DNA of 64,000 nt from the NCBI GenBank assembly GCA_003971905.1, contig RSEE01000024.1, forward strand, positions 1 through 64,000. Direction: 5' to 3'. Numbering within the stretch: position 1 is the stretch's first letter; every line of letters starts with the position of its first letter. The position numbers and the translations under genes are program-made. Shown piece by piece: positions 11,895-25,167 of this stretch. The DNA is from Moniliella sp. 'wahieum'. Its lineage: Eukaryota. The notes under the pieces are model-generated. The model did not search any database. It saw nothing but the letters and a program-made list of their open reading frames with translations, and was not told the DNA's origin.

Positions 11895-13560
11895 CGTCCA
11901 AGTGATTTTTGATTAATCGAGGGAGGAGAGATGGGGATGCCGCACCGGCGGACGGGAATTCCCAACTTTGAAGACCTAGGGCTACCACCCGTCCAGAATC
12001 CATTATTCTGGCCCTTGAAGCAAGGTGCTCGTCCACGTCCTACGTCAGCGCCCATGAGAGTTGTGCTCGCAGGTGGGCAGTGTCGAGCTCTTCGCTTGCA
12101 GGCTTCGCCGCGAGAGGCGGAGATCTCTATACCTAAAGTTGATGCTGCTGCTGCCTACTAGTAAGTAGTAAGTAGCAAGCCTTTACATGACTATGTCTGA
12201 CGTCCACTGTTAAGTATCCTGCTCGTACCCCAGCGTCTCGGGTTGACTCCTCGAACACCCCCCGCACTGCCAACAGACGCTTGCTTTAACACATCCCCCC
12301 CCTCTGTGGTATTTCCCAAGGCCGCACTCAACAGAATGGACGACTTATTTCACTCGTCTTTGTGCACGCTACCCAGCCGGGTGAGGCAGAAAATGTGTCT
12401 TCATTCATCTTGACAAAACCGAAGAAGATACACCCGCATTGGACGTCGAGGCTGCCTTGGCCATGGATCCCGACCTTATTACCCCACTGTCCCCGATTGA
12501 GACCCAGCAACCATCGCAAATTCCCTTGGATATTGATGGCCTAGTAGCCTTCCACTCCTTCAGATGGAGGGTACACCGCATCTACCGTTCCCGCTTGCCT
12601 CCAGTGCACCCGCGCCTCCCACATCAGAGGCACACACCGGCGAAGAGCCGATGGGAGCCGGGATGGATTTATACGGTGTGTTTTACCCCACACAAATTCC
12701 GACCTGGGCTGAGGATGCATTTTTCCAAGCCTGTTTGAGGTATGTGTGAAGCTGTGACGCATGTAATGTGCAGCAGCAGATGGACTAACCCTATTGCAGC
12801 ATACTATGGAGGCACCAACGCCGTACCCAGCTTCAACCGAGGTCGCAACAGGTCAAAACGTGGACCTTTCGACCAACGCAACACAGTATGATGCGTCAAG
12901 GCTCCAAATGAGTTCAACAGGGAGACTTTCCTGCACTCGGTTCTGGAACAGTCCTGGTCGCCGCTCCAACAGTCATGGTCTCCTTTGGGGTACGCATCCG
13001 CTTCAATGAGTCAAACTTCCGTCGTCAGTCCCATGTCGCTGTTGCCCCAGGCCCACACACCCCCTTCCCCTAATATTCCTCACGAACCTCATCCGTATCA
13101 CTTACAGTCGGCGCAACAAGCCGAGCCAAGTGCTCAGGCCGATGAGCAACATCAATCCCACCTCTCACGGCAACGGCGGCGGGAACATTTAACCTGCCCG
13201 CTGTGTGGTCGAGAATTCAGCCAGGCGTACAACCTCGTCGCCCATTCTCTCGTGCATGACCCCGATCATCCGAGACCGTTCATGTGCCCAGCGCCACATT
13301 GCGGAAAGGCGTTTGCGCGTAAGTTTGATGCCAAGCGTCATTACATCAATCTCCATACACCTACGAGGAATTGCCCACGGAATGGGTGGACCGCATTGTG
13401 GATTCTAGGTTGAGCCACCCCTAGTAACTGTGCCAAAAGAACTGATATCGGCCCGCCTTACCTTTCCTGCACCATATGCACAAGTGATGAATATTGAATT
13501 TAACCAGTGGTCCGAAGGCACCAAGGCTTGCAGTGTTTTGAGCGAATAGTGAAGCACATC
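11895..13560 (+). repeat. Segmental duplication, paralogous to ~20290-21860
   Basis: Colinear similarity runs from the upstream region through the zinc-finger gene and its 3' flank. The copies are near-identical at 13081-13430 vs 21385-21733. Confidence 0.85.
12336..13424 (+). CDS. C2H2 zinc-finger transcription factor, two fingers (copy 1; introns and apparent frameshifts)
   Basis: CPLCGREFSQAYNLVAHSLVH-DPDHPRPF-CPAPHCGKAFARKFDAKRHYINLH. Introns start at ~12381 (GTGAGG) and 12740 (GTATGT..CTAAC..TGCAG). The C-terminal frame ..EELPTEWVDRIVDSRLSHP* is inferred from the paralog. Confidence 0.75.
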
Positions 13561-13619
13561 AAGATGTCCCTCTCTTCTCTCAGATCTCATACCACATCAT
13601 GCAATGTTTTATACTTCAT

Positions 13620-14730
13620 CCATATCATTGACAGAGCTCAAGGCTGGGACAGAGACACGCGACGCTTAAACCGACCCGTTTATCTTGTGTGTGCTGCTTG
13701 GCAGCGCCAACCCCGCTTAAGGAACCAGGGGAATCGCCAGGAGATTAAGACCCTCTGGTGCTCGCCATCCGTTTCCATGCCCGAGGCAGCGCGTGCGGAC
13801 ACGGATGAACGTGGTAGACATCCGAGCGAGGAACCATTTCCATTCAGAGTCAGTAGTCAAATCCTTCCAGTTCCCAAGCATCTTACCCGCTGTCTTGGTT
13901 CCGTAGTATCCTCGCGTCGTCAAAACGAGGGGGGGGGAAAACGGCTCTTGGGTGCGTATCTGGTACTTGACGTTCTTGTCGCATTCTTGTTCCAGCAGCC
14001 AAAGCAGCTCCTTCTCTCGGCGTTCCAAGGCGTCGCAGTGCTCTTAAGCGCCACCCTCCGGTACGCGCTCTGCGCTTCCTGCGATCCCGTGTCGCGCAGC
14101 GTCTGGTCCATCTCCATTCCTGATCTTCCGATTGCTCCACGCCCCATCCCGCGGTAGTCGGTGCGCAGTGCCCTCCTCCCGCAACTCGACCCATCCTCTT
14201 CCACCACAGTAGGTTCGTTGTGGACGTGGATGTCGGGAATGGAGCACACGAGCTGGAGAATGGGCTCCCGTACTTCCTCGTGAAACGCACCAAACTTGGC
14301 CTGGGTGCGGGAGCCATAATGTGCTCCAGCGAGGACACGACACCGCGCTTGCACATGCTGCGCATGGAGCGGCACAGTGTGCAGAGCTGGAGACAACCTC
14401 TACCTGCTTTGTCCGAGAGCCGGAGGCACGGGACCAATGGAATGGAGGAGAGCCAAAGTGGCTCAGCGGGTTGCTGTGCTCAACCACATGGCGACATCGG
14501 CATCGTCCAGCATCTGGAGCAGCTCTTGTCGACTCTGCTCCCACATCGCCCGGCAGCCTGGCGTTGCTTTTTAAATGCGTTTGTCATCGCCGTTTGCGGT
14601 CCCAATCGGTCAACATGAATGGTAATAAGAAAGCCGTTGACCTCGTTGGCAGCGGCACGGGCGTGGGGCGCAATATACGAGTAAAGCGGGCTGCCGCGTC
14701 CCCCATCCGGAGAGGCAGGTGTAGCGACGC
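13620..14730 (-). mobile_element. 5'-truncated, degenerate CRE-clade (Cnl1/MoTeR-like) non-LTR retrotransposon: RT thumb, Cys/His region and REL endonuclease
   Basis: Stitched frames read LHLPLRMG..IAPHARAAA, WLSSIPLVPCLRLSD, C..EH..HEEVR..NEP..LRTDYR..EMD, then KNVKY..PFSPPLVLT..G..WK..MS..R. This is the motif order of REL-bearing fungal LINE C-termini. Multiple frameshifts are present. Confidence 0.75.
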
Positions 14731-15009
14731 GTGATGACTCTGACCTGGAGACACCTAGTCGCTAAACCAGAGACGATCAGCGAGCAATAATCAAGTAACG
14801 AGGTGAGCGAGAAGAAGGGGAAGGGGGCAGGAGAGGTGGTGGCGAAGAGGACAGAACAAGTAGTGGGACAGATGAACTCGTGGCCTGCTGGGCCTGCGCG
14901 CGGCAACTCTGGGGTCTAGCTTTCACATCTACGAATCAGGCAAGGCACCAGTGGGTGACCGGTGACGGTGACGCGGTGACGTGGCAACACAGGCTCATGA
15001 GCATGTCGA

Positions 15010-15200
15010 AGTATATTACATCAGCCGGCGCGTGCCACGTTCCAGCCCACCCGCACGCATCGGTGATATTATTGGGTTCCAGCGTGGAAGGGTTCCAGCG
15101 TGGAACGGTGGACCGGGGGAACGGTGGCGAAGGTGGCGACGCAGTACCAAGCTAGGGCGAAGCCCCAGCAGACGGGGGTAGTAGGCCCGGTGGTCTCTCG
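15010..15200 (-). mobile_element. Twin-hairpin module copy 2 (degenerate), upstream of and co-oriented with the LINE relic
   Basis: The reverse complement reads CCACCGGGCCTAC..GCTGGGGCTTCGCCCTAGC..CGCCACCTTCGCCACCGTTCC..TTCCACGCTGGAA..ATAATATCACCGATGC..CGTGGCAC..GCTGATGTAA. Confidence 0.8.
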
Positions 15201-18200
15201 TGATCTACCCTATTATCTATATAAAGAACAATTATACGATTACCGGGCCTATGGTCGTCTGGCACAAGGTAGTCACAGATGATCTACATTTATATACGGA
15301 CCACACTGATGTGACCGCGGATCCCGATGCCAAGCGAGACGGCAACCAAGAACTGGAGGTCAATAGACGATAGGGATTTATTGCCGGTGAGCGAGATAGT
15401 AGAGAGTAACGGAGAAGGAGGAGGAGGGGGAGTGGAAGAAAGTGAAGACGTAAGAGCTACGACTGCCGAGGCTTCTAGAAGAGACATGTCGGACAGCCAC
15501 ACTTCCGCCTGAGGGGAACTACTTAGCGGAGCTAGCGGATGGAGCATGGTGGCCAGCCGTGTGGAACGGGGTGGAGCGGGTGCGCTAAGCAGGACATGGG
15601 GCATGAATGCATACAGTATAATAGGGCCACGCCGTCCATTTGATACTGCGGATGTGAGGCTTGTTTCGCTCCATGCACCTGGAGGACGAACCGGATCGAT
15701 GTGCAGGGCAATATTTGATGCTTTTCTCTGAGTATAAAGCTCCGACAAAGACCCAGGGGGATGGGAACCCCATGCTAGGTAAAACGATAACTTTGGCATC
15801 CTCGTAAGCCTATATACCCCTTCGGATCGGGGGGTGTGGCTGCCCGTTCTACCCGTACATCCTTCCCCATACGTATATGCTGCGGTCAATGAAGAGGTCA
15901 CGGCTTTCTTATTGGAACTTTGTTTCCCCCACTGGCTCACATATGGTAATCGCGTAGACGGCGCGCTGCATCAACGTATAGGAAGGTGTGTGAGAAAAGA
16001 CAGCGAGAGCTTCCAAAGAAGACCAATGAAGTACAGATGGTCGAAATGTCGTTGTGCACAGCAATACGTTCCACTGCATTTGGCTTCTCTCGATGCCACC
16101 AGCCAAGTGGCTCGAGCTCACCGAAGACAAAACCAAGATCAGACTATTGGTGTTATACTAGTTACATACCCTGAGGAGGGGTGCTGCGCACCAAGTGGCG
16201 CAAGTGTTCATGATAAATGAAAACATCGTTGCGCACACGTTCGTGGGTCTGCATCCTAATCCAATCAACAATCCAAGTTTGGGTTTGTGCGGTACCAATT
16301 CTCAGGCTTGCTCGACCCATTCGGGACACCTTGTTTTCATGAGCGGCTTGTGGAAGAGGAGAAAAAGAGGAAGAAAACAGGGGAAGAAAGGCCAGGCGTA
16401 GGGATACTGTGGGCACGAGCGTTTGAAGGGTCAGGACGGTGGCACTTACCTGTCAGGAGACGGAGATGGGGGAAAGGGTGCAGATGGATTGCATACATCT
16501 ATGGACGCACAGGAGGTATATGTACCTCCTCAGGAAGGGGGCACAGTCGAGAGGTGGACACAGGATCTCCCAACTGATAAGAATCACGCCATAGTGCCCA
16601 TACGGGCCTAGTGGGCCAAGGGCCCCCCTAGCACGGCGTGAGCCTGACATTACCATATGAGAGACTCGAGTACGAGAAGACACACGTTACCTTACCAGTG
16701 AGCGAGCTGCGTTGACTGATGTTGGAGCAAGCGGAATACAAAGGAAAACCACAAGCGCTGTAGGGACACAGATGACCTGTTCTTCTGCTTAATCATGACG
16801 ACATCTGCAGGCGCCATCATGCGACCAAGTGACAGTAAACAAGATATTTTACCACTCAGTCAAAGCCTGACCGAAGCACCTCATTGGAGATTGTTCATCG
16901 CTACTAGCACATGTGTAAGTACCACCACGCTCGTTGTATACATCCACTGCTTTCGTTAGTACATCCAGTTGGAAGCGAATTCCGGGAGAGTGAGTTAATG
17001 GCCTGCTGGCGACTCCACCGGCCTTCAGATGGGTTTGCATGAGCAGTCAGTACTCACTACTAGATAAGCAGGCCTGGTAAGCGCACCGTTTCTTTTTCTC
17101 GGCCATACCCTCTGCAAACTATGATATGAATCATGAATCCAGAATTAGATAGACAACGTGATGAATAATGGAGGCCCGTAAGGGGACACGACCTGGGTGG
17201 TCATCTGCAAAGGTGGGACACATACCGAACAACGGAGGAGAAAGCATCCCACAAACGAAATCGGGAACAGGTCGAAAAAAGCACAAAGGAAAGCACAGGC
17301 GCGCGGACAGATGAGTAGGCCTAATGCCACAGCGTCGCACAGGGTCTGACAAGGGAAGCAAACATATGTACATCACAACAGGTCCCCCACGAACGTTTGC
17401 CTATAGACAAGAGAGCAACAAGGAGGAGTGGAAAGGTCGAGCACAAGATGGCCGAGACGTGGAGAACTAAAAGAGAGAGCACGTGTTCCCCAGGACGGCA
17501 ACAACCAAAAAATAAAAGGAAAAGAAGACCGGCTGAGAAGTGGAAACCCAAGGAGTTGCCGTAGTTATGATCAAAACAAAAGACCGGAACGCTCAATACC
17601 CAGCGGACTGGTGGTACTCAATGTGAGCTTCGCTTCGAGCGCGCAATCCCCAGCGGTTAGGCGGAATCGGTCAGTGACGGAGATGGCAAAGTGTTTAACG
17701 CCAGAGACAAAGAACATTGTGATGGTGATTAGCTGAGTTATGCGCAAAAACAAAGAGATGGAAAGAGAGGCGAGCAGGCACTTGAAGGATTCAACCGCCA
17801 TCAGGGGGAAGAATTCTCAACGTTCAACGCGCTATTATCGGCGGGGCAAGGCCGAGCCGGAGTGATAACTTTAGTAGTAGCAGACCGGAATAACCTCGAC
17901 ATTCGGAGGAAGGCAGCGCACAGGTGAGGGGGCAGTCAATCTGGGACATTGCGTGCCAAGCGCAAAGGGACGATTAGTCTTCTTACCCAATATCGGATGT
18001 GGTGGTGAGTGCGCCTCGTTGGCCGTTCAAGGCTAGCGAAGGAGAGGGTGCATTTTGGGTACGCGCCACCACAGGTCATGGCATCAGCAAGCTAGGTCGG
18101 GACAGAAGAGGTCGACGCGTCATGTACACGTACATCACGAACCAAAAAAGAGAGTGCAGGATACCAAGCATATGCCTTAGTCCTACGCCTCGCCACCCCT

Positions 18201-19696
18201 TAGGCAATATGGCCGGGACGGACAAAGGGCAAGCCCATTCCACTGAGAAGAAGGCATGGCTTTTCGGTCCCTCCAGGGCCAAGTTGGTTGGCCTGGATAA
18301 TGATCTGAGCAGGGCGGGACGAGAGGGGGGGCGGTTAGTTCTTCCATACGAGCCATCGCGAATGGGCGGGGGGGGGGGGGGAGTGCAGCGAACGCAAACC
18401 AAACGCAAACCAAAAAGGAGAAACAAGAACGTACCGCGATGATGAAAGGGCGTGCCCGGGTAGGAATCCCAGTTGACTTCGATTTGGGGGAAGAGGGGCA
18501 TGTCCTCTGCCTCGAGATTATCTGGACCGAGCCGGACATGGCCGAGTTGGGCAAGAGTTAGGCACTGGGCGGGGGCAGCTTGATGCCCTGGAAGGAGCGC
18601 ATGCGGGGCAAGACCCACGTGGTGAGCGTGTCGAGGAACTCGAGCGCAAAGGGGCCCTTGAGTTCATCTATTTTTGTAGGGGAGCGGAGGGGGGGGTCGT
18701 GGAAGAGGCAATAGGGGTTGATACTCAGCGCCGTTGATCGAGGAGACTTCTCTGTATAAAAGCGGAAAGCGTTGCGGCGATAGCCGTAGACGCATAGTTC
18801 AACTGGCAGAGCATATCCACCAGTTGCTGCCAGGGTGGGGTAGGTCGGCCAATACAAGTAGTAGCATGCTGAGTGAATCGAAACGTCTTGTCCTTTGAGT
18901 CCGGAAGGGTCGCAACAGTAACATCACCAACCACACTCAAGAGCAGGGAAATGCTTTTGAAGGGCTAAGCAGGATAGATCGAGTTCAGGCGCGCAGGGCT
19001 GAGGAAGTGCTCTCTTCCAACATGGGGAACAGTGATGACGGCCATTGGCCACACTGGGGCACAGCCTCTCGGGGCTTGGACCGAAGGTCAAGGGGTCCAA
19101 CAACATCACCTCACCACTAGTGAATATCGACGTATGTGGCCTTAAGGTACTGTCGATCATAGTGAATGAATAGCCTTATAGGTGACCACGTATGTTGATG
19201 ACATGACTAAGACGAAGTTGGGGGGGGGGGCGAGGGAGCGAGAGGGCCACATGGGTCGACGGGGTCGACGGTTTCCTTGGCAGTGGAGGCTCGCCCTTTG
19301 GAGAAATGGGAAACTGGGTTGCTTTAAGCGCCTCGCCTGCGGCAAGAACCACTTGGACAACAGCTTCGCATTTGGCACGATCAAAAAGTTTGAAAGGCAG
19401 ACGGGCAGCTTTTCACGTTAGGCGTATTTGGGCCCTTACAGCGGTAAAGCCGCCCTCCTGTATGGCCTTCGGGATTGTACAATCGCCTGCTTGAGCGCTC
19501 AATACGCTACGCCGGGTGCGATTGGGGCAGGGCACATACAGCCTTGCCTTGGGTTGGGAGCCTGGGGCCTCGAAGCGGCGTGTCTGGTACTCCTTCTTGC
19601 GGGACGAAAGGTCCTAGACCAGGGAGAGTGACGAACCGTAGGATCAGATAATCATGTATCGAGATGAAGGTTAGTGCCCGTACGGGAAGACATGCG

Positions 19697-20215
19697 CTCC
19701 AGATCTCAGGCAGCTTGGCTGAATCGCAGTCCCCAGCGGCTCGACCACGAGCACCGTTTACTGTTCGGCTCGGCAACACAGAGACCTGACGTTGCTAGCA
19801 GTGCGGCATCCCACGGCAACAAAGTCGAAGTGCGCTACACTGGTATCCATAGTGAATATTGAGTGATAGGAAAGTGGTGGTATGTGAGCCAGGTGGGGTG
19901 CGGGGTTGGGATTGGGGTGAGAGGAGAAGAGGGAGCGGCAGCTGGATGTTGGACTTGCATTAACCCTAAACTCGGTGACCATCACACTGTTATTAGGGCG
20001 GAGGAAATGAGCTTTGGAGTTTAGGCAAAGAGGCATTACCCGTTGAGTTGAGCGTGTTGGGCTGTGGCGGGTTGAACGCTACGGGTACTTGCCGGTTACT
20101 ATAGAAAGAAGGTGGAGACTTGAGTGACCTACTGTGACATGTAAGATCAACGCAGTCACACACGCGCGCCCACCTCAGCCCTGCGAGACACACGTAGAAA
20201 TGCCGGCCGTCCCGG
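19697..20215 (-). pseudogene. Truncated, decayed duplicate of the formate oxidase 5' end and promoter
   Basis: MDTSVAHFDFVAVG.RTASNV and DSAKLPEI match the N-terminus of the 26895 gene. The upstream DNA (CTACGGGTACTT..GGTTACTATAGAA) matches ~27150-27180. The GxGxxG motif is disrupted and the rest of the gene is absent. Confidence 0.85.
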
Positions 20216-20659
20216 CGTACGCGAGGGTCCTGCCTACTAGTATATACATAGACCACGCCGCTCAACTCCTGAAGAGCTCAACACACGACCTCCCAGTGAT
20301 TTTTAATCAATCACGACAGAGGGTAGGATGAAGATGCCTTGGAGCAAGGCGATCATCGACATTCAACGTCAGCGCCAAAGAGCTGTGCTCCCGTGGGAGG
20401 AAGCGCCCGACCTGAGGTGTCCTGAACGTTTGCAGGTATCGCTGCGAAAAGCGTAGAATCTCTACTAGGGTTAATGCCAGGTATATACCAATCTAGTACC
20501 CAGCAAGACTTGCCATGAAAGTGTCTGACGTCCACAGTCAAGGATCCAATTCTTACCTCAGCGTTTCGGGTTGACTCCCTGAACACTCCCTGCGATGCCA
20601 ACAGACGCTTCCTTTCCCACCCTCGCCCTCTGACCATTACTCACGACCGCGCTCAACAG

Positions 20660-21728
20660 AATCGACTACGCTATCCAGTCTTGTGAGGCTGAAATTGAAC
20701 GCGTCCTCATTCATGATGACTACCACCGCAGAAGATACACTCGCATTGGATGCCGAGGTTGCCTTGGTCATGGACCCCGACGTTGTTCCACTGTCTCCTA
20801 TTGTGACCCAGCAACCAGCGCAGATTCCCTTGGATCTTGCCTCGCCTAATATCCTTCCCTTCCTTCAACCGGAGGGTACACCCGCCCATCTGCCGTTCCC
20901 ACTTGCCTCAAGTCCGATACCTGCGGTTCCCATGGAGCAACTACTCACCGAGGAAGAACCGATGAGAGCTGAGATGGATTTCTGTGGTATAGATCCCACA
21001 GAGATTCTAGCCGGCCCAGGATATACACTTTTTCCACGTTCGTTTGAGGTAAGATGTGAATCTGTGAGGCACAGCATCCGCTGGGCTAACACTATTTGCA
21101 GAATATGGAGGCACCAACGCCGTACCCAGCTTCAACCGAGGTGGCAGCAGACCAAAACGTGGACCTTTCGACCAACGCAACACAGTATGATGCGTCAAGA
21201 CTCCAAATGCGTTCAACAGGGCGACTTTCGCTGCCCTCGGTTCTGGAACAGTCCTGGTCGCCGCTCCAACAGTCATGGTCACCTTTAGAGCATGCATCTG
21301 CCTCAATAATGAGTCAAACACCCATTGACAGTCCCATGCCGCTGTTGCCTCAGTCGCACACTCTTCTTCCCTAATATTCCTCATCACGAACCTCATCCGT
21401 ATCACTTACAGTCGGCGCAACAAGCCGAGCCAAGTGCTCAGGCCGATGAGCCACATCAATCCCACCTCTCACGGCAACGGCGGCGGGAACATTAACCTGC
21501 CCGCTGTGTGGTCGAGAATTCAGCCAGGCGTACAACCTCGTCGCCCATTCGCTCGTGCATGACCCCGATCATCCGAGACCGTTCAGGTGCCCAGCGCCAC
21601 ATTGCGGAAAGGCGTTTGCGCGTAAGTTTGATGCCAAGCGTCATTACATCAATCTCCATACCACCTACGAGGAATTGCCGACAGAATGGGTGGACCGCAT
21701 TGTGGATTCTAGGTTGAGTCATCCCTAG
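20660..21728 (+). CDS. C2H2 zinc-finger transcription factor (copy 2; start codon uncertain)
   Basis: Same exon/intron layout and fingers as copy 1. The homologous ATG reads ATC, and there is a 1-bp deletion just before the first finger. Confidence 0.6.
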
Positions 21729-24700
21729 TAACTAAGCCAATACCCCATGCGGGCTTTCCCTCTCCTGCGCAATGCCCCACAGGGGACGAATTCAACGCAA
21801 AATGCTCCTGAGGCGCTGAGGTTTGCAGTGTTCGAGCGAACAGTGAAGGGCACCAAGGTGTAGCAACTTTTCTTGTTAATGGGTGTGCTTGGGCTATGCC
21901 GATGTGGAGATTTTGTGGTTGGGACGGGAGGTTTGGAACCAACGAGACAGAAGCCTGTGTTCTTGGTTCTCTGTCCTCACCATTTTGTCTTATCTTCAAG
22001 GTTCTTTCGGCCTTCCCTTAGCCCATTGTCAGCGGCTATATGCATTGGCGTTATTACTACTTCCCAAAGGATCCTCCTTTTACCTTACTATCTCCTCCGT
22101 TGCCTCGTCGGGCCCTGGGCGTTAGGTCCCCGCTACGCGTGACAAGCGCGAAACAGTCCCCAGCAAGGACCAACACGCACATCTGTCGGAGCAAGCAGCT
22201 GCATGGTGTGGCATTAAGTGGAAGTGGCCCTATGGTCGAGGCCTATGCCCAGCTGTTGTGCATGCGCAATTCCCATATTAACTGGCCCCTACGTGTGCTT
22301 ATTTTGGTCCGGCATAACGAGGTGAAGGTGCATGTTGGAGACCCGCCTACCTGCGAGGTCACCTAGACAGTATATTTATCTGCTGAAACGTGAAGGCGCC
22401 AACCACAGAGGTGAGTCCTTGTCGGAGCGTTCTGGTGTCCTGTGACCCACCTACACTCGCAAAAATGTGTGCACTCTGGGTGAGGCGGATTATATTGCAC
22501 CTTTGGGCGCGCCCTACTGCGACGCTTGTGGTTGTGAAGACCTATCTGGTGAGGTGATACTTCATCGGCGGGGTATGTGTCTCATGGGGGGGGGGGGGGT
22601 CTCCAACGCGCCTGGGCCTCCCAATCCAGCTTGTGTCCGCGACATTATGCACATGAACGGCTGCTGCCGCGGCCCGGCCGTTGATGGGTCTAGTAGTTCG
22701 CACAAGAATGCGAGCATGAACACTGTCCGGACATGGGTGCGAGCGGTTCAAGACCATCGCCCTATAGAGATTGACCCTACAGCTTTCTGGCTCTAGTTAG
22801 ACTCGTTAGGAAAGCTGGTATTCCCGGTTCACGATCTCGTGGCCGAGGTTGTCACACGTCGGGCAGACGGGAGCAAGATCGTCGGTTGTGGAAGGAAATA
22901 GACTCGCGAAAAATGTGGTCGTCAAGCTTCTCGTCCTCCACAGGCTTCAACATATTCTTGGACAAGATTTGTCATTACTACCTATACACTGGCATTATGT
23001 ATTCCTTCAGAATTTTGAATCGAGGTACGGAAACTCTTCTCGGGTCAAGTCTTGAGGGGGATCCGTCGAATAACTTTGTGGCATTCTGGAGACTACCACG
23101 GCATGTGGGGGTTAACCCAATGTTTTGACACCTAATGCATAGGTGAAGAGGGGGCGTACTGTTGCTGGCGCTATCAGGGGCTCGGGTGCTATAGAGTGGT
23201 CGGTGTCGACCGACGGCCACAGTGGCCTAGTCACATCGGAGCTCTGTGCTGTCAGAGTTGGTGAGCGTATACTAGTCTACACCGCACCCAATGCACAATC
23301 TAAATGCATCAGGGGGGGCGCTTTGCACAGAACTGTGCGGGTGCCAATTCTCATATTTACCCAATCCATTCGGGACACCCGAGTTGTTTTCAATGAACTG
23401 ATTGTGCAGAAGAGGAAACTGCAGCCTGAGAGGAAGGATAGGTGGGTAAGGATTACTCTAAGATAGGGTCCCGAGCGTTTGGAGGATATGGAATAGAGGT
23501 GGACCGCACCTTGGTGGAAACTCGCGGGGAAGAGGGAGTGATCACGTTTCCTCGCCGAATGCCGAATGGAACAGACAGCAAACCCTGGTAAAAAAGAGCT
23601 GCGCAAGACTTTTGGAGCAAGCAGAATGCAAAAATAAGAACACCCAACAGTTAAGGGACGCACTGGCCATCCGTTCTCCCCTTTGGTCATGAGACGCCAC
23701 GTGGATATACGAAACGAGCAAGACGTGCATGAAGGTGTTTGAGTACTCTGGGAAAAAAAAGAAGTCTTACTAAAGAGTCTTATTGAAGATGGTTCATCGC
23801 TCGCATGTGTAGCACCACGATTATTCGTACATATACCTCCACTTGTGTTTTGCATCCGGTCGAAAAATCGGATGGCGGGAATCTAAGACCTCTTAGCGAG
23901 TCCACTGGCCTCTTATTATTGGTTGGCACGGGCGAGCATACGCTGATGAGCATGCCTGGTAAGTGCAACGTTCTTTTTCACAGCCTTAGTCGCACTGTAT
24001 GTTCTGAAAATGATATGAATCCAGAACAGTTCAATTACTGTGTTGATATGCAACGTAATGAATAAAGGGGGTAAGGTGACGAGGACTGCAGTTCCCTGTG
24101 AGGGGCACAGTCCGAACGGGAGTAAACATTCCACGCATTATAAGCCAGAAAGACGAACAGTCACTGCAAGCAAAGTCCATGAAAGAAAGACAGTTTCTTC
24201 GCGCTCAGCTAGGAATATAGGAAAGGAAGAGTGGGTCACCGATTGACTACGCTCGCTCCAATTTGGCCCCATTGCATCCCGCGTTTCCAGATCTTCCCTT
24301 GTCGTTATACTTCTATTCCCTGCCCGATGCCTCGCTGTGTTGCCTCCAAAAAAAACGACCCTTCTCCATTTCCCCCGTCTCTAAAAGGACCCTGGTCCCC
24401 TCGACTGGTACAGAATGTGGAGAGGAGAACGGGGGACGCACAGATCAGGAAGCCCAACTCTGAGCTCAGTAGTCACTTACTTCTAATCCCGAAGAAAAAA
24501 AGAAAATTCACATATGTGATGAAAGCAGAGACCAGGAAAAGAAACAATAAACCACACACGATTGGACACGTCTCTCACCATATATACCAAAGGGACTCGA
24601 TCCACTGTGGTCGCACAGATTGAAGGGAACTTGCTGCAGTTAGACGCAACGGAGTTCCACATGAAAGTGACTGGTCAACATAGTTCAGACGAGCCAAACG

Positions 24701-25167
24701 CAACTCACAGTCAGGGTAACACAAGGGTAGCGTGTGGGCTCTTCCGTGGTATGTGGTATGACATGTGAGGCACCTTACTGATTCACATATTCTCAGCTGG
24801 GTGTTTCCACTCGAGGACAGCACCTCTGTTTATTGATACGAAACCCGGTGGAAGGAAGAATGCCCTGACCTCAATGGCAGTCACTTCATCAATCATTGAT
24901 GGTCATTATTCATTGGTCATTAACCATCGGCCTCTTCCTTGGGAGGCACATGCATGGATTGCATTGTTGAATAAACGTAATGAACGGGCTGGCAGGTAGA
25001 CGAGAAATGTGGGCGCTTGTCAGTCCTTTACATCCTATGGAAACAACATGATAAGTACTTATAAATGATGAATTGCTTTGGCCATTCATGATGGTCTTAG
25101 TACTACTGCCTTGCTCAAAGAAGAGATAAACGCAACCGATAGGCAACACAAAGGTCACAGGGGCCGA

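Noticed and set aside
12785..12793. CTAACCCTA as an interstitial telomere
   Set aside because: It is explained as the CTAAC branch site of the zinc-finger gene intron.
18440..19160. Broken minus-strand ORFs that look protein-like (also ~22800-23130)
   Set aside because: They are probably decayed genes or TE fragments, but no family could be recognised, so no call is supportable.
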